Origin: Candidatus Nanopelagicales bacterium
GTDB lineage: Bacteria > Actinomycetota > Actinomycetes > S36-B12 > UBA5976
Direction: 5' to 3'
Assembly: GCA_044341215.1 (NCBI GenBank)
Contig: JBIISC010000003.1
Span: 3,203 to 67,202 of the forward strand
DNA length: 64,000 nt
Position numbers and translations under genes: made by a program. The notes under the pieces were generated by a model. It did not search any database and had not been told where the DNA came from. It was given only the letters and a program-made list of their open reading frames with translations. Below, piece after piece: positions 28,280-36,924 of this stretch (positions within the stretch are counted from its first letter, which is position 1; every line of letters starts with the position of its first letter).

Positions 28280-29886
28280 TTAATTTGGAAAATATCTCAT
28301 TCGAATATCAGAACAAACCTGTACATCAGAATTTGAATTTACAGATACGTGAAGGTCAATTAGTTCTGATTGTCGGGCCAACTGGGTGCGGCAAGAGCAC
28401 TCTTATCGGAATCATCAACGGTCTGGTCCCGCACTTCACTGGCGGATCTCTTTCTGGAGCTATAAGCATTGATGGTATTTATTCACATGATGCAAGCCCA
28501 CAAGAATGGTCCTATTTGGTTGCAACTGTAAGTCAAAATCCAGATGACACTTTTGTCGCGCAAAATGTTGAGGATGAAATTGTTTTTGGAATGGAAACTC
28601 ACGGCTTTGAACCAAGCCAAATGCGCCAACGACTTGAAGAAGTTATTGATTTGCTTGGCTTACAAAATCTTCGAAATCGTGAACTTGCAACATTGAGTGG
28701 TGGCGAAAAGCAACGGGTTGCAATCGCATCGGCACTGACTCTTGAACCTAAAGTGCTTTTGCTGGACGAACCTACAAGCGCATTGGATCCAGTTGCTGCT
28801 GATGAAATTTTAAGTGTGTTGCATCGATTGGTTCAAGATTTAGGAATTACCGTCCTCATCTCTGAGCACCGGATCGAAAGAATATTGCAACATGCTGATT
28901 CTGTTCTAGTCCTAAACCAAGATGAAGCACCGAAGCTGCTAACTCCAAGCGAAAGTGTCTTTCACCTGCAACATAAACCTGCAATTACACAACTAGCAGA
29001 ACTCGCAGGGATTTCTCAATCTCCACTAACAGTAAGTGAATTACGAAAATCCATTGAACCATTACGCCAAATGTTGGCTGGGAAAACACCACCGTTGCGT
29101 TTAATCCAAAACCAAGACATCGCACCCACTTTGCTTGCTGAATCAATTAGTTTGCAAAAAGAAGACAAAGAAATTCTTCACGATATTTCTTTTGATTGCG
29201 CTCAAGGCACGATCACAGCGTTAATGGGAAGGAATGGCTCAGGCAAAACAACTCTGCTTCACACTTTGATGGGTGACAATGTCCCAACAACAGGTTCGGT
29301 CGAAATTACTGAACAAAACCCTGCAATACTTGTTGGTCAAGAATTATTAAAAGTTGTCAGCATCATCCCGCAGAACCCAAGTGACCTCTTTTTGTGTGAC
29401 CGAGTGGCAGATGAATGCAAACTATCAGACAAACTTCGTCACACAGCACTTGGAGCAACCCGCTCATTGTTGGCACTTATTTCCCCACATGTTGAAGACA
29501 ACCAACATCCTCGTGATTTGTCAGAAGGCCAACGACTTGGTTTGGCACTAGCAATCACATTGGCCGCCAATCCCAAGATGCTGTTACTTGATGAACCAAC
29601 CCGAGGCCTCGACTCACATGGTAAAGCCGAGTTGGTGGTTTTACTAAAGAAATGCGTTGCAGCTGGTCAAACTGTAATTCTCGCTACACACGATGTTGAA
29701 CTTGTGGCTGAAATTGCTAATCAAGTAATTGTCCTAAGCGATGGATCTATAGTCGCAAATGGTCCGACCAGCGAAATACTTACAAATTCGAATGCGTTTA
29801 GTTCAATCACAGCTCGCGCACTTGCTCCAGCTGGCTGGCTCTCAGTTAACGATGTCCGATCTGCGTTGGAAAGAAGTAGTTCGTGA
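28276..29886 (+). CDS. ECF transporter fused double ATPase (EcfA-EcfA')
   Basis: Two ABC cassettes: GPTGCGKS / LSGGEKQR / LLLDEPTSALD and GRNGSGKT / LSEGQRLG / LLLDEPTRGLD. ATGA overlap with the T-component gene. Confidence 0.9.
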   Translation: MINLENISFEYQNKPVHQNLNLQIREGQLVLIVGPTGCGKSTLIGIINGLVPHFTGGSLSGAISIDGIYSHDASPQEWSYLVATVSQNPDDTFVAQNVEDEIVFGMETHGFEPSQMRQRLEEVIDLLGLQNLRNRELATLSGGEKQRVAIASALTLEPKVLLLDEPTSALDPVAADEILSVLHRLVQDLGITVLISEHRIERILQHADSVLVLNQDEAPKLLTPSESVFHLQHKPAITQLAELAGISQSPLTVSELRKSIEPLRQMLAGKTPPLRLIQNQDIAPTLLAESISLQKEDKEILHDISFDCAQGTITALMGRNGSGKTTLLHTLMGDNVPTTGSVEITEQNPAILVGQELLKVVSIIPQNPSDLFLCDRVADECKLSDKLRHTALGATRSLLALISPHVEDNQHPRDLSEGQRLGLALAITLAANPKMLLLDEPTRGLDSHGKAELVVLLKKCVAAGQTVILATHDVELVAEIANQVIVLSDGSIVANGPTSEILTNSNAFSSITARALAPAGWLSVNDVRSALERSSS

Positions 29887-30656
29887 AATCCAATTTGCTT
29901 CTTGCATTTGGATTCGTTGCAGGTGGCTGTGCATTGGGATGGCCAATATTTGCTAGTTCGGAATCGATAGGAACTTGGCAGCAGTATTCGGGACCAACAC
30001 TTTCAATAATTTTGCTGCCAATAGCCCTCGCGTTAATCGCGAGCGATCTATTGAGCCAACAACTAAACACTCGAACACTGGCGTTAGTTGGGATTCTTAC
30101 TGCGTTAGCTGTTGCAGTTCGCCCACTAGGTGCTGGTGTCGCAGGCATTGAACCTATGTGGGCGGTATTCATTATTGCTGGCCGAGCTCTCGGTGCACAT
30201 ATTGGCTTCGTACTTGGCGTAACGGCAATGCTCACAAGTGGATTTGTCACTGGTGCAATTGGGCCATGGGTTCCCTACCAAATGCTGTTGGCTGCGATGA
30301 TTGGTTGCGGCGCTGGTTTGTTGCCGAAATTCCGCGGAAGCATTGAAGTCTGGATGTTAACTATTTATGCGGCAATGACTGGGTTCTTGCTCGGCTGGTT
30401 TCTAAATCTTTGGTTTTGGCCAAACACAATAGGTTTGCAACCAGGTTTAGGTTTCAATCCTGCAGATAGTCCACTTGAGAGACTCGGCGCTTGGATCAAC
30501 TTTTCACTCATTACAAGTGCAGGTTTTGACATTCCCCGAAGTTTGCTAACCGCGGCCTTGGTCGCAGTCAGCGCACCGCAACTTTTGAAAGTTATTCGTC
30601 GATTTACTCGCCAGATTGTGGTCAGCCATTCCACTGAGCACACTGGTAGGCAATAG
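29883..30656 (+). CDS. ECF transporter S (substrate-capture) component, specificity unknown (corrinoid predicted from the riboswitch)
   Basis: 257-aa small polytopic membrane protein (~6-7 TM). GTGA overlap with the ATPase gene. Position is typical of a dedicated (group I) ECF module. Confidence 0.65.
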   Translation: MKSNLLLAFGFVAGGCALGWPIFASSESIGTWQQYSGPTLSIILLPIALALIASDLLSQQLNTRTLALVGILTALAVAVRPLGAGVAGIEPMWAVFIIAGRALGAHIGFVLGVTAMLTSGFVTGAIGPWVPYQMLLAAMIGCGAGLLPKFRGSIEVWMLTIYAAMTGFLLGWFLNLWFWPNTIGLQPGLGFNPADSPLERLGAWINFSLITSAGFDIPRSLLTAALVAVSAPQLLKVIRRFTRQIVVSHSTEHTGRQ

Positions 30657-32649
30657 TGTCCCTGTGAGTATCGGAACTAATTCTCAAGTTGAAGATTCGA
30701 GTGAAATCGAATCCATCAGAATTGGTTTACGTACCTCACATGCTTTAACGGCGATCATATTGGTGACACTTCTTGCCGCCCTGGGTGTAAGCGCATTTCG
30801 AAATGCAGATGCTCGCGATCGAGAAACCCAATACTTACTGAGCGTCGAAGATACTGCGTCATCGATTCTTACAACGCAACGTAATACCCAGCAGTTTATC
30901 GAGCTTTATGACGACATGATTTATGGCCAAGTTGTTCCAACCACCGTAAAAGGTCTGGCAGCAAACATAAAATTTCAACTCATTAATTTTGATGAAAAAG
31001 ATGCGATTGCTTCAGATGTTGTAAGCGCAGAATTTGACTATGCGTTTACGGTTCTTACCTCTTCAGTCCAGGGCAATTTTGCCTACAACCCGTTGTCTCA
31101 AAATGCTCGCGCTGTTGTATTGCGGGAATCTCGCAATTGGTTGGCCGACTACCAATCTAGCGCAGTGGCGAAAGTTCGAGTTTTGGCTGAAGTCCGCGCT
31201 ACTAATGAACGCAATCAGGCGATTTTGCTCTTTTTGTGTTTAGCGCTTTCGGTTTGGCTACTGTCGTGGATCTCATTTAGTGTGGCAGATGCTTATCGAC
31301 GCTCACGGATGATTATTTCATCCGAACGTGCAAAAGTTGAAAGTGCGCGGACTGCCTTACAGCACGCAACTGACCAACTTTCACATCAAGCGAAACATGA
31401 TGCGCTTACTGGCCTACCAAACCGAACAACATTGAAAGAAAAGATTTCGGAACTATTGGCAATTGAACCAAGAGTGAACGTTGTGGTGTTCTTTTGTGAT
31501 CTCGACCGATTCAAGATTGTAAATGACTCACTCGGTCACGTAACCGGAGATGAAATTTTGGCTGAAGCCGCAAGCAGAATCTCAAAAGCTGTCGAACCCG
31601 ACGATTTCGTGGCTCGATTTGGCGGTGATGAATTCGTTGTGGTTTCCACAATGGTAGAAGATCGCGAAGCGGGCTTGAGAATAGCCGAAAGATTGACCCG
31701 CGCACTATCAAAACCTTTTGTTACCGACGAGCAAGAGATTCAAATTGGTGTGAGTATCGGTATCTCCACATCAAATTCTGATTCCAATGCGAACCAACTT
31801 TTGCGAAATGCAGATATTGCAATGTATCGCGCGAAGGCTCAAAGCACCTCTAACGTTAAACACTTTGAAGAATTAGGAGACACATTCAGCCGCAGGCTGG
31901 ATACCGAAAACGCTTTGCGGAAGGCAATCTCCAACAATGAGCTTCTGCTTCATTGGCAACCAATTGTTAACCTAAAGAACAGTCAGGTTCACACGCTCGA
32001 AGCGCTAGTCAGATGGCGGCGTGGTGAAGATGTGCTACTCATGCCAAAAGATTTCATGGCGATAGCAGAAGACTCTGGTCTAATAGTTGATCTAGGTCGC
32101 TGGGTAATTAGGGAGGCATGCGCTGCCGGCGCATTAACAGAAGATAGAAGTGTTTCAGTAAATGTCTCCGCAAGTCAGTTACGCGATGTGAGATTCGTTG
32201 AAGACCTACGAGATATTTTGGCCGAAACCGCTCTCCCGCCAGAAAGATTGATTATCGAAGTTACCGAACACACAGTGATTGACCCCGCGATTGTGAATCA
32301 ACCACTCAAGCGCGTGCGCGAACTCGGGTGCAAAATTGCGTTGGATGATTTTGGGACTGGCTATTCATCCTTGGGCCTTCTAAATCAATTGCCGGTGGAC
32401 ATCGTGAAACTTGATCGCACATTCACTCAGGATTTAGCAGATAGCGAACCTAAACAAGCAATCGTAAAAGCATTAGTGCAACTCACAAATGCGCTGAACA
32501 TGATGCTGGTTGTGGAAGGCGTTGAATCTGATGCTCAACGCAAGACATTGCGATCCTTAGGCGTCTTGCATGGTCAGGGCTATTGGTTCGGTAAACCAGA
32601 GCCAGGTCGACTTGCTAAATTTATTGGTTCGAGACTAAACGCGAATTAA
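30616..32649 (+). CDS. membrane-bound GGDEF-EAL (diguanylate cyclase/phosphodiesterase) protein with periplasmic sensor region
   Basis: Two TM segments flank ~170 aa, followed by a coiled-coil. GGDEF domain is intact (RFGGDEFVVV) and EAL domain is intact (LEALVRW, DDFGTGYSSL, EGVES). The start is uncertain: ATG 30616 overlaps the S component by 41 nt, and GTG 30664 is an alternative. Confidence 0.85.
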   Translation: MWSAIPLSTLVGNSVPVSIGTNSQVEDSSEIESIRIGLRTSHALTAIILVTLLAALGVSAFRNADARDRETQYLLSVEDTASSILTTQRNTQQFIELYDDMIYGQVVPTTVKGLAANIKFQLINFDEKDAIASDVVSAEFDYAFTVLTSSVQGNFAYNPLSQNARAVVLRESRNWLADYQSSAVAKVRVLAEVRATNERNQAILLFLCLALSVWLLSWISFSVADAYRRSRMIISSERAKVESARTALQHATDQLSHQAKHDALTGLPNRTTLKEKISELLAIEPRVNVVVFFCDLDRFKIVNDSLGHVTGDEILAEAASRISKAVEPDDFVARFGGDEFVVVSTMVEDREAGLRIAERLTRALSKPFVTDEQEIQIGVSIGISTSNSDSNANQLLRNADIAMYRAKAQSTSNVKHFEELGDTFSRRLDTENALRKAISNNELLLHWQPIVNLKNSQVHTLEALVRWRRGEDVLLMPKDFMAIAEDSGLIVDLGRWVIREACAAGALTEDRSVSVNVSASQLRDVRFVEDLRDILAETALPPERLIIEVTEHTVIDPAIVNQPLKRVRELGCKIALDDFGTGYSSLGLLNQLPVDIVKLDRTFTQDLADSEPKQAIVKALVQLTNALNMMLVVEGVESDAQRKTLRSLGVLHGQGYWFGKPEPGRLAKFIGSRLNAN

Positions 32650-32673
32650 CTCGTTTCGCACATTTAATTGGCA

Positions 32674-32730
32674 TGGATTCATCAAATTAGTTTGGATTCA
32701 TTAAATTAATTTGATTCGTTAAATTGTTTT
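32674..32730. repeat. 3 x 19-bp AT-rich tandem repeat between convergent genes
   Basis: TGGATTCATCAAATTAGTT / TGGATTCATTAAATTAATT / TGATTCGTTAAATTGTTTT. The third copy covers the gcvT stop codon. Confidence 0.8.
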
Positions 32731-33798
32731 AGTTTTGACAAAAGGCAAACTCACAACTTCAACTTTCAATCGTCTGCCTCGAACATCTAGTTCTAGTAGA
32801 TCTCCAATTTTTATCTTTGCATCGACTAAAGCAAGTGCTATTCCATTTTTTAGTGACGGTGAGAATGTGCCACTTGTGGTCACCCCCACCACTTCTTCAG
32901 CTTGCAAAACGTTCATATCTGCCCGCGGAATCCCGCGCTCTAGTGCGTTGAGAGCAACACGTTTGCGGGTTGCACCGACCGCCTTTACTGCTAACACGTT
33001 TTCTCGACCTTGGAATTTTGGCTTATCGAACGCGATTGCCCAACTCAATCCTGCTTCAATTGGATTTATGTCCTGAGAAATTTCATGACCATGCAATGCA
33101 TAGCCCATTTCAAGGCGTAATGTGTCGCGGGCAGCGAGCCCAATTGGCGATGCACCAAATGCGATTAGACCTTGCCAAACTTCAAGCAGGATTTCATTTG
33201 GCGCAATGATTTCAAAACCAATTTCACCGGTATACCCAGTTCGACAAAGAACGACATCATTTTCTTTCAACTTTGTCCGAACCGCGCTCATGTATTGCGA
33301 AACTTCTGGCAAACCTAATGCTGCAATTACATCCTCTGATTTGGGACCTTGAACTGCAATAATTCCAAAATCGTTGTGGTGGTTCTTTAATGTGATTCCG
33401 GGGGTTTGGAAAGTTTCTAGAACACCAAATACATCGGATGCATTGGATGCATTTGGCACCATCCACACAAGATCATTGCTGAACTTGTAAACAATTAAAT
33501 CATCAATAACTCCGCCGAAGCCATTTAGCAACATCGAGTATTGAGCTTTCCCTTCAGGCAAAGTTTCTAAGTTATTGGTCAAGATTGTGTTAAGCCAGAC
33601 AGCTGCATCCAAACCTTGGATTTCGATTTTCCCCATATGGCTTACATCGAAAATCCCAACGGCAGTGCGGACAATCTCGTGCTCAGCAACAACACCTTGA
33701 TATTCAATAGGCATTTCCCAGCCACCGAAATCTGCGGTTTTTGCGTCTTGTGATTTATGCCAGTCATACAGAGGTGTGTGCTTAAGTTGAATACTCAT
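32719..33798 (-). CDS. gcvT: glycine cleavage system aminomethyltransferase (T protein)
   Basis: 359 aa with family-typical LKHTPLYDWH..., FDVSHMGKIEI and GYTGEIGFEI blocks. Confidence 0.9.
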   Translation of the reverse strand: MSIQLKHTPLYDWHKSQDAKTADFGGWEMPIEYQGVVAEHEIVRTAVGIFDVSHMGKIEIQGLDAAVWLNTILTNNLETLPEGKAQYSMLLNGFGGVIDDLIVYKFSNDLVWMVPNASNASDVFGVLETFQTPGITLKNHHNDFGIIAVQGPKSEDVIAALGLPEVSQYMSAVRTKLKENDVVLCRTGYTGEIGFEIIAPNEILLEVWQGLIAFGASPIGLAARDTLRLEMGYALHGHEISQDINPIEAGLSWAIAFDKPKFQGRENVLAVKAVGATRKRVALNALERGIPRADMNVLQAEEVVGVTTSGTFSPSLKNGIALALVDAKIKIGDLLELDVRGRRLKVEVVSLPFVKTKTI

Positions 33799-33874
33799 AA
33801 GCCCTAAGTTACTAAAGCCTTGTTTCCTCGGCTGGTTTCGGCTCCCCTATTACCTATCTGAGCAGTGAACGGGC

Positions 33875-35374
33875 ATGATTCGGCTCATGACTCAAATCTC
33901 AGTAACCCCAACGCTACAAACCGCCGATATCACTGCATTCTTTGCCACCAAAGAAAAGACTGGCTTCACCATTTGTTCTGGGAAGTTAACTCCAGCGCAA
34001 TCTAAGAAGCTCTCTGCTGCGGCTAAATCGCTGAAATTCGCCGGCACCGCCAATGAATTGGTCTCAATTCCTGGTTCAGTGATTGCGTTGAACGGAATTG
34101 TTATGGTCGTTGGTGTTGGCGAAAGCCCAAACCATGAAACATTCCGAAAGGCTGCCGGCATAATTGGTCGAAATACTTTTGGGGCAAAGAAACTTGCGAT
34201 TGTCGTGGATGATGAGAATCTAGATTCGGTTGGCGCAGTAGCCCAAGGTGCGTTGCTTGGATCTTATTCATTCAATTTGCATCGTTCAGCGACTATGTCT
34301 GCAAAGCGTGAAGGGGTAAAAACCATCGTCTTAGTTTCGAGCGCAGCAAAGAATTCGTTGGTTCGTGAAGCAATTGATCGAGCAGAAATCGTCAGCAACT
34401 TCGTAAATGAAACGCGAAACCTCGCAAACACAGCACCTGGGCACTTGCCGCCAGCCGAAGTTGCAAAGTATGCAACCAGTTTGGCTAAAGATCTGAAACT
34501 AAAGATTGAAGTTCTTGACGAAAGAATGCTTAAGCGCAAAGGTTTCGGTGGCATAGTTGGAGTCGGACAAGGATCGGTAAACCCACCTCGTCTAATTCGC
34601 ATTGAGTATCGGCCGCTAAAGCCTGTCGCACATATTGCTTTCGTTGGCAAAGGCATAACTTTCGATACTGGTGGAATTTCAATTAAACCTAAACAGTCAA
34701 TGCATGAAATGAAAGCAGATATGGCAGGAGCAGCTGCAGTAATTAATGCAATCGCAGCAATTGCTGAATTAAAAATTCCAGTTTCAATCACAACATTCGC
34801 GGCATGCGCTGAAAACATGCCAAGCGGAACTGCGCAACGCCCTGGTGATGTTGTAACCGCATATGGTGGACGTACGGTTGAAGTATTAGACACTGATGCT
34901 GAAGGCCGCCTTGTTTTGATGGACGCACTTGTTTATGCGCAAGAAGCAAAACCAGATCTCGTGATTGATGTTGCAACCTTGACTGGTGCTGCAGTTATTG
35001 CACTTGGACGCCGAATTGCAGCCGTCATGGCAAATAGCGATGAATTGCGCAATCACATTGTTGATGCTGCAACTCGAAGTGGCGAATCAATGTGGCCGCT
35101 TCCGCTTCCTAGTGAATATCTCCCAAGACTCGATTCTGCTGTGGCTGATATCGCGAATATTGCCGAGCCAATCGGCAGCGCCCTGTACGGTGGACTCTTC
35201 TTGCAAGAATTCATTAAGCCCGGTCAAAAATGGGCTCACCTAGACATAGCAGCTCCTGCCTTCAACAGTGAAGGTCCGTTCGATTACACCCCTAAGGGGG
35301 CAACAGGCAGCGCTGTCCGCACGCTGGTGACTCTCGCTGAAGATGTAGCAGCAGGTTTGCTCAAAATCCGCTAA
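33875..35374 (+). CDS. pepA: leucyl aminopeptidase (M17)
   Basis: M17 motifs VGKGITFDTGGISIKP and NTDAEGRL-like DTDAEGRLVLMDAL. An alternative start is at 33887. Confidence 0.9.
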   Translation: MIRLMTQISVTPTLQTADITAFFATKEKTGFTICSGKLTPAQSKKLSAAAKSLKFAGTANELVSIPGSVIALNGIVMVVGVGESPNHETFRKAAGIIGRNTFGAKKLAIVVDDENLDSVGAVAQGALLGSYSFNLHRSATMSAKREGVKTIVLVSSAAKNSLVREAIDRAEIVSNFVNETRNLANTAPGHLPPAEVAKYATSLAKDLKLKIEVLDERMLKRKGFGGIVGVGQGSVNPPRLIRIEYRPLKPVAHIAFVGKGITFDTGGISIKPKQSMHEMKADMAGAAAVINAIAAIAELKIPVSITTFAACAENMPSGTAQRPGDVVTAYGGRTVEVLDTDAEGRLVLMDALVYAQEAKPDLVIDVATLTGAAVIALGRRIAAVMANSDELRNHIVDAATRSGESMWPLPLPSEYLPRLDSAVADIANIAEPIGSALYGGLFLQEFIKPGQKWAHLDIAAPAFNSEGPFDYTPKGATGSAVRTLVTLAEDVAAGLLKIR

Positions 35375-35469
35375 ATCACACTCAAAGGCACTCACAATTT
35401 GGACTGGTTTCGCTATGCCCTTCAGGCTTGGAGAGAATAGCCTCCTGAACGCTAAAGATAGGTCTTGAG

Positions 35470-36852
35470 ATGTCTGAACAGAATTTCGATATTGTCATTT
35501 TGGGTGGCGGTAGCGGTGGCTATGCATGTGCACTTCGCGCTAGCCAACTTGGACTAAATGTGGCACTGATTGAACGTGACAAACTTGGCGGCACTTGCCT
35601 GCATCGAGGTTGCATTCCAACAAAGGCTTTGCTGCATGCGGCAGAAGTTGCAGATCTTGCACGCGATTCTTCTCACTATGGTGTTTATACAGAACTTCAA
35701 GGTATCGACATCAATAAAGTCAACGAATACCGCGACGGTGTTGTTTCAAAGTTGTACAAAGGTTTACAAGGTTTAGTTTCACACGGCAAAACCATCACCT
35801 ACATAGAAGGCAATGGTCGGTTGGTTGCAAATAACACAGTTGAAGTTGATGGAACTCGATATGTGGGTAAGAACGTAGTACTTGCAACTGGTTCTTATGC
35901 CCGCTCACTTCCAGGATTAGAAATCGGTGGCCGCATTGTTACTTCTGATCAAGCTCTTAATCTCGATTGGATTCCTTCAAAAGTTATTGTGCTTGGTGGC
36001 GGCGTAATTGGTGTCGAGTTCGCGAGCGTCTGGCGTTCATTCGGTTCTGAAGTAACCGTCATCGAAGGTTTGCCTCGCATTGTGCCTGCTGAAGAAGAAT
36101 CTGTAAGCAAGGCACTAGATCGGGCATTTAGAAAACGTGGCATCACAGTTAAAGCTGGCGTTAAATTTGCCAATGCAACTCAAACAGATGAAAAAGTATC
36201 AGTTTCACTTGAATCAGGTGAAACACTCGATGCTGATTTACTTCTTGTGGCAGTTGGCCGCGGAGCAAATGGTTCCGGACACGGATTTGAAGAAGTTGGC
36301 ATAACTGTAGATCGTGGATGGGTTCCAACAAACGATAGATTGCAAACAAATCTTCCAAATGTTTTTGCAGTCGGTGATCTTGTTCCAGGATTGCAACTTG
36401 CACACCGTGGATTTCAACATGGCATATTCGTAGCCGAAGAAATCGCTGGATTAAGTCCAAGAGTTATTGACGAAAAAGCGATTCCGCGAGTTACTTACTG
36501 CGAACCTGAAATCGCTTCTGTTGGATATACCGAAACTCAAGCTAAAGAAAAATATGGCGCAGACAACATCGAGTCATATGAATACAACCTCGGTGGAAAC
36601 GGCAAGAGCCAAATTCTTGGTACTGCTGGATTTATCAAATTGATTCGCACCAAAAATGGTGGGCCAATCGTGGGAGTTCACATGATTGGATCACGGGTTG
36701 GCGAACAAATCGGTGAAGCCCAGCTGATTTATGCCTGGGAAGCGACTCCTGAGGACGTAGCGCCATACGTTCACGCACACCCAACCCAGAACGAAGCACT
36801 TGGTGAAGCCCACCTTGCCCTTGCGGGTAAGCCTCTTCACGCCCATGCCTAA
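35470..36852 (+). CDS. lpdA: dihydrolipoyl dehydrogenase (E3)
   Basis: GGGSGGY FAD motif, redox disulfide GGTCLHRGCIPTK and C-terminal HAHPTQNEAL interface motif. Confidence 0.9.
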   Translation: MSEQNFDIVILGGGSGGYACALRASQLGLNVALIERDKLGGTCLHRGCIPTKALLHAAEVADLARDSSHYGVYTELQGIDINKVNEYRDGVVSKLYKGLQGLVSHGKTITYIEGNGRLVANNTVEVDGTRYVGKNVVLATGSYARSLPGLEIGGRIVTSDQALNLDWIPSKVIVLGGGVIGVEFASVWRSFGSEVTVIEGLPRIVPAEEESVSKALDRAFRKRGITVKAGVKFANATQTDEKVSVSLESGETLDADLLLVAVGRGANGSGHGFEEVGITVDRGWVPTNDRLQTNLPNVFAVGDLVPGLQLAHRGFQHGIFVAEEIAGLSPRVIDEKAIPRVTYCEPEIASVGYTETQAKEKYGADNIESYEYNLGGNGKSQILGTAGFIKLIRTKNGGPIVGVHMIGSRVGEQIGEAQLIYAWEATPEDVAPYVHAHPTQNEALGEAHLALAGKPLHAHA

Positions 36853-36924
36853 AGCAGGCAAACTAAGGCAAGATAAGCCACTCTCCTCACGAGGGAGATG
36901 AGACAAAAAGGAGTAGAGCCGGAC

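Noticed and set aside
33799-33874. Looked for a glycine riboswitch upstream of gcvT
   Set aside because: The gap is only 76 bp, and the minus-strand sequence lacks the conserved glycine-aptamer core. It is too short for even a single aptamer plus an expression platform.
34264-34893. 209-aa minus-strand ORF inside pepA
   Set aside because: It is a mirror frame of a strongly supported M17 aminopeptidase gene, with no motifs or RBS.
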